Assembly (NCBI GenBank): GCA_025558095.1
Contig: JAIVFI010000010.1
Coordinates: forward strand, 186,001 to 250,000
DNA from: Hyaloraphidium curvatum SAG 235-1
Taxonomy: Eukaryota > Fungi > Monoblepharomycota
DNA length: 64,000 nt
Reading direction: 5' to 3'
Positions 34,690 through 46,529 of this stretch are shown here, piece after piece. How positions within the stretch are numbered: position 1 is the stretch's first letter; each line of letters opens with the position of its first letter. The notes below the pieces were generated by a model. That model saw nothing but the letters and a program-made list of their open reading frames with translations, did no database searches and had not been told where the DNA came from. A program made the position numbers and the translations under genes.

Positions 34690-36814
34690 ATGTCCCGAAT
34701 CGACGATGCCGCGGAAATGTCCGCGGCGGGACCGTTCGACCCGGTCGCAAGCCTACGCCGCCGGCCGTTGCCTGCCGCCCCCACCGTGGCAACGCTGCAC
34801 CGGGCCCGCAAAGAGACTCTGGCCCGCGCGGGCGACACGATATCTCGCACGGCAACCCTCAAGGACTCGCTGGCGGGCGGTCTCGCCATGACCGTCGCTC
34901 GTGCCGGCGTGGCGACCACGGAGCCGACCGCAGCTTCGTTGGGCGAGCCTGCTGTCCCGCCCGGCCCGCTGCCGACCGAGGAGCAGATGAAAACGCTGTC
35001 AATCGTCGCAGACACGCTGCCTGTGTCCGCTTGGCTGGTGGTTTCGGCCGAATTCGCCGAGCGATTCGCGTACTACGGAGTCAGCGCTCCGTTCCAGGCA
35101 GGCAGCTCCCAGTCCTGCTGTTGGAAATGTCTTGATCAATCTGGGCCTTCTGACAGAACTACATCTCCATTCCCTACCCGACAAATTCAGACGGCCAGCG
35201 CGGTGGCCTGGGCCTGGGTCAAGCCACTGCCACAGCCGTCACTGCCGGGTTCCAATTCCTCTGCTATATTACCCCGGTCTTTGGCGCCATTGTCTCGGAT
35301 TCCTGGGGCCTCGGCAAGCTCCGAACTATCCTCCTTTTCTGCGGCGTCTACGTGCTCGGCCTCGCCGTGCTGGTGGGCACCTCGGTGCCTGCGCTGCTGG
35401 CCACCTCGACCGCGGCGTCCCTTACCGGACTCATCATCGCCATGGTCGTGCTCGGCATGGCCACAGGTGGCATCAAGCCCAGCGTGTCGCCCTTTGTGGC
35501 CGATCAGTACCCGTACAGGGTCCCTTTCGTAAGGACAAAGAAGAATGGGCAGAAAGAGGTCGTCGATCCAGGCCTGACAATCCAGGTGTGCTGTCGAGCT
35601 GCATGCATCCGCCGCTCCGTTTCCTCACCTTGCAAGCTTCATGCCGGCAGAGGGTCTTCAGCTACTTTTGCCTCGCGCTCAACGTAGCCTGCCTGACCGG
35701 CGTCTTTGCCGCAACTTACGCCGAGATGTACGTGGGCTTCTATCTCGCGTACCTGCTCCCCTCGCTCGTTTTCCTTTTCGTCATTGCCGTGCTTCTCCTC
35801 GGGTGGAAATCAGGAACCATCAAAGCGGATCGCCCCCATCTCGGCTCATCCGTCCTCGTGGATGCGTGGAAGGTAATCCGCGAGGTGTACGGCAAGTTCA
35901 AGGGGGATTGGGAGACTTGTGCTTCCGCAGTGAGGGAGAAGATGATGGATCCTGCGGGACCTCCTTCGGGCACAAGCCTCTTGACAGCTGCGGACCCCGA
36001 CAAGCCGACCAACATCGACGACCGCTTCGTCAGGGACCTGTACCGAGCCCTCGGCGCGTGCAAGGTCTTTGTCTTCTTCCCCTTCTTCTGGGTGGTCTAC
36101 GCCCAGATTACCAGCAACCTCATTTCGCAGGCCGGGAGCATGGAGACCAACGGGGTGCCCAACGACGTCATCATGAACCTGGATCCCCTGTTCATGATCG
36201 CCGGCATCCCGTTGTTCGACCGGGTCGTTTACCCGTCGCTGATGAAGATGCACATCAGGTTGCGGCTCGTGTTCCGCATCTCGCTCGGCTTCTTCTTTTC
36301 TGCTGCAGCGATGGCGTGGAGCGCCTGGGTTCAACAAGCGATCTACAACGCCGAGGATGCCGGAGCGCCGGGTTCGATCAGCGTTTGGCTGCAGGTACCC
36401 GCGTATTTCTTTATTGCGTGCTCGGAGATCTTTGCGTCCATCACGGGCCTGGAGCTGGCCTACTCGCGTGCTCCCGAGACCATGAAGACGGTCGTCATGG
36501 CGTTGTTTCTCCTCACATCAGCATTCGGATCGGCGATCCAGTTCGCCCTGGTTCCGATCAGTCAGGATCCTTACCTCGTTTGGATGTACGGTGGGCTGGC
36601 CGTCGCCAGCGCGGCCGCGGGGGCGCTGCTGTACGGATTCTTCCGTTACCTGGATCTGGAGGACGCGGAGAAGGAGCGACGGGAACTGGAAACCGCGGAG
36701 GCAAAGCAAAGGGTCGCGAGGATGCCAGGAGGGTTGGCATCGGAAGGCAACGATCGGAAGGCCGAGACGGCATCGTCCATCGCCGTCGTCGCGGTCAAAG
36801 ATGTGCCGGAGTGA
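34690..36814 (+). CDS. PTR2: POT/PTR2-family peptide transporter, copy B (close paralog of 10428-12543), 3 exons
   Basis: Nearly colinear with copy A from MSRIDDAAE to DVPE*, with the same two intron positions. Confidence 0.9.
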
Positions 36815-37063
36815 AGAAGGTGGGCAAAAGATGGATTTTGTTCCCAACAAGCCCCTGCACGAGTGCTCGATTCCGAGTCCGAACGGGATTTGACCACGCT
36901 TCCATCCGAAGCTGCTGGGACGTGATTCGCGGGCGTCTTTGCCCGTCGCAAGATTTCCGGCCTCAGCTGCGCCTTCGGCTTGGCATCGCGGTGCGCTTTG
37001 CGTCAAATTGACTGGAGTGACTGGGACTTTCGCCCCAACCGCTCTCGACCCCTCCTTAGGCCG

Positions 37064-39326
37064 ATGAAACCGGCAAGAGCGAAGGCTGCGGCTGGCGTCA
37101 GGCCGTTGACTTCGTACTTTCAGCGACTACCTTCAAGGTCTGCGTGGCGGAGGCGGTGCTCCGCGGCCCGAATGACCGTCGAACCGACCCCGCAGTGCCG
37201 GCAAGGAGAACGCTTCGAGAACTGGACCTGCCTCCGGAGAGTCGGGGGAGTCGAGGCCGGAGCTGAGCTCGGCACAAGGCTCGTCGCAAGGCGGTCCTCT
37301 TGCGGCGCCTGCGGAGCCTGGGGGAGGCGGAGACGCTGGACGCGACGGTCTGTCGAGGGACGCGGGAGCGCCGGCGCACGACGCGCGAACCGGCTATCCG
37401 GACGATGGCGACGCGGTTGTGCAATGCTCCCTTCCGGCGGAACGCCCAGTCGGCGGCCTTTTCGAGCCTCACGAGGAGCCCGACGGAGCCGCGGACGGAA
37501 GTGACATGGCCCTGGACCCTCACGACCAACCGCTGGTCCTGGACGGAAGGCTGTCGGAAATAGCCTCGGAGTCGAGTTCATCTGCCGAGGACAACGACAG
37601 CCAGGAGGAAGAGGACCTACCCGACCTCGGCGCCTTGTTCGGCCCGTCCCGCTTCGACGACTTTTCCGCGCGTCGTCGGCACGAGTCCAGGGCCACAAGG
37701 AACCCCGCGCCTCTGTACACTGGATTTCCTGAACCCGTCGACGTTGGCGGTGCCTTGCAGTCTCCGGTCGTTCGCAACACATCGACGTCGTACGATTTGG
37801 CGAGCCTTTTGAAGGAAAGGAAAGCCGCTGAGCGCCGGCAAGAGAAACTGCGACAAAGCGCGGAATCGGTGTCGGGTGGGGACGATGCGCCGGCGGGGTT
37901 TTCGGACCCTCCGAGCCCTCGGGACTTGTCGGCAGATCCTGGAAGGGCCGTAGCAGATTCGGTACTCCAGACACGCTGTTCGACTGGATCCCAACTGATC
38001 TTTCTTCTGCCTGCCAGAGTGTGGCAGCTCGGCAGATGCTCGGAACCCTGTCTCTGTTTGACCAAGATTACGTGCTGCCGAAGCAGACAGGGCGGCCTTC
38101 GCAAATGGCAAGCCCGAGCCCTGCTCGCCGCTTGTCCAGCAAGCGGACTCGCATTTCGGCGTTGGCGGACCGCGTGCGTTTGGGCCATGTCCTGCGGCGC
38201 AAAGAGAAAGCCATGGTTTGCGACTCAGGTGAGCCGGTGTTCGGCTACGCCTGGTGCTGGGTCCTGACCTCCGAGATTGCAGTGCGATCCCAGTCGGTCG
38301 ACTCTATGGAGGTGCAGAGGCTTGCCGCCGAAGTCCTGATCGAACACCTTCGCGGCCGGAAGGAGAATCTGTCGCGCTCGCTTCTCGAAGGTGCCTGGGG
38401 AGATCGCCTCCTGGAGGCCGCGGTGCTGGACGATGGTACCGGGGATCCGGACGGCGCTACGGCAAGACCGTCGCTTCCTCAACGTGAGTTTAGTGCTTTT
38501 GCGTGGTGTCATTGTGCTGAGGCCGGATGGCAGGTTTCGAGCATCGCTGGAGCGCGCACGTCCAGGAACTGCTCGCTGCTTCCGTTGCTGGCTACGAATC
38601 CGCAGGTTCCGTGGCAGCCGATCGATCGCGGGCAGCTGCGCTTCTCGTGGCAGGCAGCTTGGATTACCGCTTGGCGCCCACGACGGTCCTTTCTTCCTCG
38701 ACGGCATTGCGACGGCTCATGCTTGTTTCGCCTGTGGACGATCTCGAGCGGTCGTCGCTCGCTGCCAAACTCAACGCCTTCTGTGCGAAGACCGCCGCCG
38801 AACCCATCCTGGTGCTCCGGCGCCTGCACTCCTCCCTGGATTCCGTGCGGCAGGTGAAGGCCCTGTTTTCGCAGTCGGCGATGGGCCACGACGGGGCGGC
38901 CACCATTGCAGATGCCATCCGCGACTTGGCGAACCAGGCGCTTGCCGACAGCCCGGCGGAGGCCGGCAGCGGAGCGGACCGATACCGACGGCTGGCGGCC
39001 GCCATCGAGCTGGCGTTCCACGCGATCGGCTCGGTGGCGTCCGTTCGGGGCGGTGCGATGGAGCTGGGAACGCTGCTCGAGACCGTCAAGGGGGCGTACC
39101 GGAGGATCAACGACAGCTCGGGGGCGCATCTTGCCCGGACGGAGGTCTGTGTTCGGGGATTCGGCCTTTGTGGCTGGGACTGATGCTTCTTCCGCGGCAG
39201 GCCAAGCACATCATGGTCAACTTCCGCATCTGGATCGAGAACAGTTCGGGGCCGGCGGATCCGACGGAGGGCTCCAATGCGGTCGCACCGCCCAGGCAAA
39301 CGAGCCTGCTTCGATACCTCTCGTAG
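37064..39326 (+). CDS. Hypothetical nuclear protein, possibly SLF2/Nse6 (SMC5/6 loader)-like, multi-exon
   Basis: Disordered N-terminus with RPLTSYF. Helical C-terminus with RRINDSSGAHLARTEAK. Terminal QTSLLRYLS*. Internal exon boundaries are uncertain. Confidence 0.5.
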
Positions 39327-39480
39327 TTCGGAACCATGTCGATACCGGAGATACCACGCTCAGGATAGATGCAACCGAGAGGGAAGCAAAGCAGCAATTC
39401 AATCGGCGTGGCAGTCTACATCTTTGTGCAGGATATTAGATTACCCCCCGTCCATCCCCGATCCCCCCCGGGAAGGCGCC

Positions 39481-41229
39481 TCAGCGCGCCGGGCACACCA
39501 CGGGCCCCGTCGGCGCAAACGGATCCGTCCGCTCCGTCCTGCCGAACCCGGGGATATCGTACTCCCAATACAGGGTGTAGATGGTATCCCGCCCCCCCCT
39601 CGGGGCGATCGTGTAGGCGTCGTTGGTGTAGGCCACGCCCGAGGCGAGCCAGGGGAAGGACATGTGGTAGTCGAAGATGCGCAGGGACGAGGCGACGTCG
39701 TCGCCGGGGGAGCCGTAGGTGGAGCACCATTTGATCATGCCCTGGGGGTGGGGAGGGTCAGCGACGAGGGCAAGATGCGCGGAATAAAGGGCTCACGTCG
39801 GGGACCCGGGTCCAGTCCGTGGGGACTCCGGTCTGGGCTTCGCCCACGTTGGTCAGCTCGCAGACAAAGACGTCGTTGCCGCCGTAGATTTCCATCGAGT
39901 AGTACTTGCGCAGGCCGCCGTTAGGCACGTTTTTGGGCACGTCGGGCGAGTCGCCCTCGGCCCAGTAGCTCGTCCACAGGCCGCGGCCTGAGGGGTACAC
40001 GCCGGCGATGAAGATCCGCTGGTGGTACACGACGATGTCGCTCATGGTCTCGGTGCCGGGGCCGCCGTACTGGCGGTTCCAGAGGATCCGGCCGTCGGCG
40101 GCGTTGAGCTGCGAGATGAAGATGTCGCCGCCGCCGCGCGAGTAGTCGCCGGCCACGGCGCCGTAGGTGGTCCCGCCGACGTAGACCGTGTCCGAGTAGG
40201 TGTCGACGGCAATCCCGGCGGGCACGTCGCGCGCGCGCGACCCCACGAGGCGCGACCACATGATGTTGCCGTTGCTGTCAAGTTTGGAGGCAAAGACGTC
40301 GCCGCCACCGAGAGGGACGTTTCCCCCGAGCCAGCTCGTCGTCGAACCTGTGACGTAGATGTTGCCGTGGCCTGGCGACCGGAAGTCAGCGAGGCTCGGC
40401 GGCAACGGGCCTGACCGACGACCCACCGTCAAAGGCGATCCCGCTGGCGCCGCGCCCCGGCATCGACTCGCTGCCGGCGAGCCCGATGTGGGAGCACCAC
40501 TTCAAGAAGCCTCCGGGAAAGGCGCGGCAGACGACAACGTCCCAGTCTGTTCGCGACGCGGGCTTCTTGCGGCAGCCCGTGAGCGAGACCGAGGCGGTGG
40601 TCTGCCCGCCAAAGAACAGGTCGCCGTCGCGGCCGAAGGCGATGGTGTTGAGGCGCAGCGTCCTCCCGGCAGGGTCCGGGTTGCCGATGAAGATCTGGCG
40701 GACGAGAGCGCCGAATTGCTGCCGGACGGGAAGGGACGGTAAGGGGTGGGCTGCTGGGCAGGAACTCGGCAGGACCCACGCTAACGACGGCGATCCAGTG
40801 CTGGCCGTCGCTGCGGCCCAGGATGTACAGCTGGTTCGCCGCGGGCAGCCAGGCGATGGCCAGGCCCTCGTCTGCCGACGGCGTGCCGACCGAGAACTGG
40901 CGCACCAGGCGGCCGTTGCGCGGCGAGTTGAGGATGGCGACCTTGAGGTCGACGCCGCCGCAGCCGGAGCGGGCGCCGCGGCGGGCGCGCAGGCCGCGGC
41001 ACGGCGCCACGCCGATGGCCGACGAGTGCAGCACGGCGGCGAGGCCGCTCGTCGGGTGGATGTCGTGGCCGACGAGGACGTCGTCGGCGGCGGTGCCGAT
41101 GCCGGCCGTGTAGCCCGGCACGTACGCGGCGGCGGGGAGCGCCAGCAGCGCGGCCAGCGCGGCCAGCGCGAGCACGGCGAGGGTGGCGGGGAGCGGCAAA
41201 AGGCGGCGCACCGCGGCCGCGGGGGCCAT
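39481..41229 (-). CDS. Secreted SBBP-type beta-propeller repeat protein, multi-exon
   Basis: Signal peptide, then repeats GNIYVTGSTTS...GGGDVFASKLDSNGNIMWSRLVGS and TVYVGGTTYG...GGGDIFISQLNAADGRILWNRQYGG. Ends ...VVCPAR*. Confidence 0.78.
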
Positions 41230-42486
41230 CGCGCCGTCCGCCGTCCGCCGCGCCGCGGGGTCGTCAAGCGCCGAGTGCGATGGGCGCTGCGGAGCACGGG
41301 CCCGCCTGTGGCGCCCGATATGGCAGCGCAACGGCAGGGGAGCTTTGCAAGGACGGCGAGGCGGGGCTGGGGTTGGCTGAGCGGCGGTTGTGGCTTGGGT
41401 CTGCGGTCTGGTCCTCCGAAACCTCCCTCGGATCCCCTGCTGTCCTCACAAGCGTGCCGAGACCGCGCCGGAAAGTGCGCAACGGTGCAAGCTGATGGGC
41501 ATCCTGCGAGTCCAGCATGCTGGTTGTGGTGGGGTGGTCTTGGGTGTTCCCCGCCCCCGTTGTGCCAGGGCCCTAAATCCCCCGACAACTGCTGCGGTTT
41601 CGTCCCCCGGCCCGTCTTGGGCGAGGGTCCTGAACTGAGGGTTCCTTGGTTGGACGGATGGAGAAAAGGCGCACTCGTCCGAGCCGTTTCTGGCTGCTTT
41701 GCGACGGTTGTCTCCTGCGGCGTCCCCGAGCGGAATCCATGCCGCAGGCAAGCCCGAGGCGGAGGCGGCGGCCGCTCCGCTTCTAGTACCCGGCCGGCCG
41801 CTGATGTCGGGCCAATCGTCGGTTCGACAAGAGCTTCCAGAGGAGCACCAGAGGTTGCCGGAAGCGAGGTTGCCGCCTCCTCGAGGGGTGTCGGCGGAGG
41901 GGCGGCGCGAAAAGCGATCGCCGCCGCGATCGGTCTCCTCTTCCTGCGGCGGCGGCCCCGTATCAATGCCAGGCGATTTATTTTGGATTCGCGACGGCAT
42001 GGATAGGAAAGGAGCGGGTCCGCGCCCAACCCTGTCCCTCTCGCACCGATGAGTCACATGGCAGGCGCCGGACTCCTGGGGTGCGAAGGCAACGGCGCTC
42101 CGAGCCGTCTCCGGACAAGACGGCTTTGCGTCCTGTCCGGTGCGACCCCGAGCGCGGAAGAGCTCATGCGCGAAGCGCGGCACCGCCCCGCGGCGCGTCG
42201 GTTCGTTCGCGGCAATTGAAAGGAGATCGCGGCAACCTGCGGCCGCCCCGCAGCCGCGGCCTTTCTCCCACGGCAATATGCCCTCGTTGACTGGTCGCCC
42301 GCAGAGGTCGCCCCTGTCCCCCGGGACTTCGCCCACCGAGTGCGAGTGAGGGCGTGATCGGCGGGAACCACTTGACTAAGCGTCAGCGCTGGCACCACTT
42401 TGCAGCCTGAACATCCCACCCCTCCTCGCCCTCCGGGCACCTCCTCATCCCTCCTCCTCGGGCCGCCGGCATCGTAGGCCGCAGCC

Positions 42487-43665
42487 ATGTCCACCTGCGA
42501 CCCGTCAAACACGGCCTGCGTGACGGTGGGGCCGCCATCGCCGCCCGAATCTTGCTTTTGCCTGACTCGATTCCCCCCCGGACCCCGCCCCATTTCGACG
42601 GAACCACAGTTCCTGTCGATCGTTGCGCCGCTCATCGGGAATATCTTCGCCTTGGGATTAACTTTGGCCCCGCTCCGGGCGGTGCTGCAAGTTCAGAGGA
42701 CCAATGTGCTCGGGGAGATGAACCCCGCCTTTCCCATCGCCATGATACCCAACTCGGTGATCAATTTGGGTGGGTTTCGGCCGTGGGAGCCCGGGCGGGC
42801 CGTGGGAGTGCTCGCAGGCCGCGGAAGAAGCTGCCGGCTCGCCGGCTTCGCGAGAACCCCTCTCTGACCCTTCCTCCCCTCCCCCTCTCCTCCCTCCGCT
42901 CCTGTACTTCTTACTACAGCGTACGCCTTCCTTTTATCGAACTGGTGGATCGCCGCGCCCAACCTGACGGGCCTGGCCTTCGGGCTGTACTACGTTCTGG
43001 TCCTCCTGCGGGCCATCCCCGCCCCGCGCTTCCCCCGCTATGCCCTGGCCTTGTGCGGCCTCACCTTCATCTCGTGCTTCATCTCCTCCCTCTCGCTCAT
43101 CCACTTTGAGCCCCTGAGTTTCGATACGGCCCGCCTGGTGCAGGGAATTTCGGCCACCTGCTTCATCGTGCTCTTCTACGCCGCGCCCCTGTTAACAATG
43201 TATCAGGTCATCAAGGAGCGGGACTCCAGTTCGATCAACATTCCGATCGCGCTGGCGATCGGCGTAAATTCGGCGTTCTGGTTCCTCTACGGCACCTTCA
43301 TCCGCGATCCATTCGTTTGGGCTCCAAACGTGCTCGGCTTCGCCAGCGGCATCGCGCAGGTCGCCCTCGCCCTCGTCTTCCCGCGCACCAAGGCCGGAGG
43401 CAAGTCGTGGATGACCATGCGCGGGAAGCGGTTCTGGCGCACGCTGGGCCGCTCGTCGGCGCAGGCGGACCCGGGGGAGATGGAGCGCGCGGGGACTGTG
43501 GAGCTCGGTTCCGGCGGCGGCGCGGAGGAGGGGAAGAAGATCGAGGAGGCGTCGGATGCGGAGTCGGAGAGGACGGCGGATCCGGAGGCGGCGTCGCAGA
43601 GGGTTGAGACGCCGTCGCCCAACACGGCCGGATCGGAGGAGCCCGAGGTCCGGGTGGTGGATTGA
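42487..43665 (+). CDS. SWEET (MtN3/saliva) sugar transporter, 2 exons
   Basis: Two MtN3 repeats: LAPLRAVLQV...PNLTG and FYAAPLLTMYQVIKERDSSSI...WFLYG...DPFVWAPNVLG. Acidic C-tail. Confidence 0.9.
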
Positions 43666-43980
43666 TTTACAGGACTGGACGGTGGCTTTGCGGCCTATTT
43701 CGCTCTGTCGGCTGCAGGCCTGCGGATACCCCTGGCATATAAGCTAGAGCTCAAGAGTTGTCATTGTAGAGATAGACGCTAGACACTTCATCATGTCACG
43801 CAGCGGGAATGGACCTTTGGGCGGAGGACCCACGCGATCGACCTCGCCACACGGCGCCCGGGAGACAGTCCAAACCCATCTTCCACTGAACACGCGTTTT
43901 CCACGTAGGGCTTTGAAGAAGAAGGCCAGAGCCGTGAAGTAACTTACGCTTCCAACTCCCAGCCCAGCTCCCAGCCGACG

Positions 43981-44917
43981 ATGTCCGTCCCCGTGTTCGC
44001 AGCAAAGACCGCGCTCACCGGTCTTACGTTCGGCGAGGATCCAAGGTGGCGCAACGGCAAGCTTTTCTATTCCGACTTTTACAGCTACTCCGTGCGCACA
44101 TATGATCCCGCTACGGGCGCCAACGAGGTCGTGCTGCAGCTCCCCAAGGACAAGGAGATCCCCTCGGGCCTGGGCTGGCTCCCCGACGGCACGATGCTTG
44201 TCGTGACACTGCAGGGATTCAAAATCATCGCCGTCGCGAAGGATGGAACAGTCTCGGACTATGCGGACCTCAAGGACATCGCGACTTGGTGGCCAAACGA
44301 CATGGTGGTTTCCAAGAATGGCACTGCCTACGTTGGCAACTTCGGCTTCGACCTTTTTGCCAGCCACGAGCAGGGCGAAAACGGTCGCCCCAAGAACTTC
44401 AAGACCGGAACGCTTGCCATCGTTCATCCGGGTGGCCGCGTCGAACGCGGGCCGGACGACCTGTACTTCGCAAACGGCTGCGTCATCACGCCCGACGAGA
44501 AGACGTTCATCATCGCCGAATCGTTTGCCAACCGCGTCTCTGCTTTCGACATCAAGGAAGACGGCTCGCTTACCAACCGGAGGGTGTTTGCCGAAACGCC
44601 CGGCACGATTCCCGACGGCATCTGCCTCTGCGAGGACGGCACGGTCTGGGTCGGTGGGTGCACCTTGTCGCATCCGCACTTCCTGGAGCTGACCGGTCGC
44701 AGCCAACCCCTCCGGAAATGAACTGCACCGCTGGGCCGAAGGCGGCAAGATTACCGGAACAATCAAGACCTCGCAGCCCAGCTTCGCCGTCACCCTTGGA
44801 GGGCCGGAAATGAAGACGGCATTTGTGATTACTGCGCCGGGATCGGGAGACCCCACCTCGACGGCGGGGAAGATCGAGGTCGTGGAGACGGACGTGGCGG
44901 GAACCGGGAGCCCGTAG
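43981..44917 (+). CDS. SMP-30/gluconolactonase/LRE family protein, 2 exons
   Basis: FGEDPRW, PNDMVV, FANG, PDGICL. An intron at about 44654-44702 restores VWVANPSG...GTGSP*. Confidence 0.88.
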
Positions 44918-44946
44918 GGAGCGTGTACCCAGAAACTTGACGTCCA

Positions 44947-46311
44947 TCATCCGACCACATCGCAGTACTTCCGCAGTTCCTCCCCCGCCTGTCCCCTGAG
45001 CGCCTCCCAGCCGGCATCCAGCGCCCCGAAGTACGCATCCAGCCCTACCGGCTCCCCGGGAGCCGGCACCAAGATCAGCAGCCCGTCCCAGTTCGCCGGC
45101 GGCACCCTTACCGCGGCCGGCAGCCCGACGCCGAACGCATCGATGTCCTCCAACCCCAGGCCGGCCCAGCGGGTCACGGCAAAGTCGGGTCCAAGGAAGC
45201 TGTTGAAACCCGGGAGCACGGTCGCGGGGTCGGGTGAGGCACGGAGGAAGGCCAGGGCCGAGGCGGCGTGCGACGCGCCGGTGGCGGCGAGGGCGACGGC
45301 CTTACGCACGGCTGCTGCGTCGTCGCCCAGGGGCAAGGTGACGAGGTCGCCAGCGCAGAGGGAAGCAGTTGCGTAAATGTTGAGGCAAGGTAGCCAGGTG
45401 GCCGGGAGGCCGCATGCGACGCGGCCATTGAAAGCCATTCCGAGGCGAACGGCCTGATCCGCGGCGAGCGAGCGTGCGTGCGTGGCGGCCCGCCAAAAGA
45501 GCGCCACGAGGGCATCGTTCGTGCTTATCCACGGGGTGTCACCGGCGGAGAGGGTGGCGGTGGCGTCGGCCTTGAGCTGCGCCAAAGACGATGCTGAGAA
45601 CCGGAGAATCTTGGTGGAGAAGGGCGGAAGGGCAGGCGGCGTCGATCCAGCAGCAGCCGCAGGTGGCGCAGGCGACGGCAGCTTGTACTCGGGGTGTTCG
45701 CCCGGCTTTGCCGGCATCTTCCCGGCCAGCGCCTTGTCGAGCAAGCTGCGATCGTCAACCACCGGTTCCGCGGTGTTCCCAGCTTCGCCGCCTAGCAGGC
45801 CGCGGCACTCGTCGGCGATTCGCCTCAGCAATGCAAATCCTCCGGCACCATCCGTGAGCCGGTGATGAACCGTGAAACCGAGTGACGTTCCACCGTCCGC
45901 GAGCACAACTGCGTGAAGGACGACCAACGGGCCTCCCGGCGCCGGGAACGGCGAGTCCGGAACGAGACCGGCCGGCGTTGCAGAGTGGGCGAACTTGGCT
46001 GCCGCGATCGAGGCGAAGCTGACGTCCGAGCGTGCCCCGAAGCGGACCGGCACGCCGTCCGAGGACGGCACGACATGCAGCCCACCCTTTTCGCGCAACC
46101 GGCCGAAGAGCGTCGGGGCCTCGCGCTGCAGCACGGTCTTGGCCGCATCCGCAAGTGCCTTGCCGAGTTTGGACGCGTCCGGAGCGGGACCCTTGGGCGC
46201 GTAGAGAAGGACGACTCGCGTGTAGACCGGCGGCATCACCGCGTCGAACGGCGTCAGTTTAACCTCTGATGCCGGCAGCGGCGCATCCGGGATCACGATG
46301 TGCTCCTCCAT
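44947..46311 (-). CDS. CoA-dependent acyltransferase (BAHD/Tri101-type transferase family), intronless
   Basis: HHRLTDG (HxxxD), ISTNDALVALFW, DAFGVG (DFGWG-like). Confidence 0.85.
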   Translation of the reverse strand: MEEHIVIPDAPLPASEVKLTPFDAVMPPVYTRVVLLYAPKGPAPDASKLGKALADAAKTVLQREAPTLFGRLREKGGLHVVPSSDGVPVRFGARSDVSFASIAAAKFAHSATPAGLVPDSPFPAPGGPLVVLHAVVLADGGTSLGFTVHHRLTDGAGGFALLRRIADECRGLLGGEAGNTAEPVVDDRSLLDKALAGKMPAKPGEHPEYKLPSPAPPAAAAGSTPPALPPFSTKILRFSASSLAQLKADATATLSAGDTPWISTNDALVALFWRAATHARSLAADQAVRLGMAFNGRVACGLPATWLPCLNIYATASLCAGDLVTLPLGDDAAAVRKAVALAATGASHAASALAFLRASPDPATVLPGFNSFLGPDFAVTRWAGLGLEDIDAFGVGLPAAVRVPPANWDGLLILVPAPGEPVGLDAYFGALDAGWEALRGQAGEELRKYCDVVG

Positions 46312-46529
46312 GGATCGTGCCTCGCCAAGTCACGGTGCAAAAGCGGTCGAAAGGCGGCGATATGAAGCTCAGGGACTGGGGATGTTGTCACCCATCGAGT
46401 GATCACGCCACCAACGGGTTCCTCGGCGATCCGATTGCATTCTTTCTCTAGACAGTGCCGACCGCCGCTCCGACCCCTTACCGCCGCCGATCCGCCAGCC
46501 CAACCATGGCCGAGTCCCTCCGCCGCCGA

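Noticed and set aside
41300-42480. Long open frames in the SBBP-SWEET intergenic region
   Set aside because: No codon bias, motifs or convincing start; treated as divergent promoter and UTR sequence.
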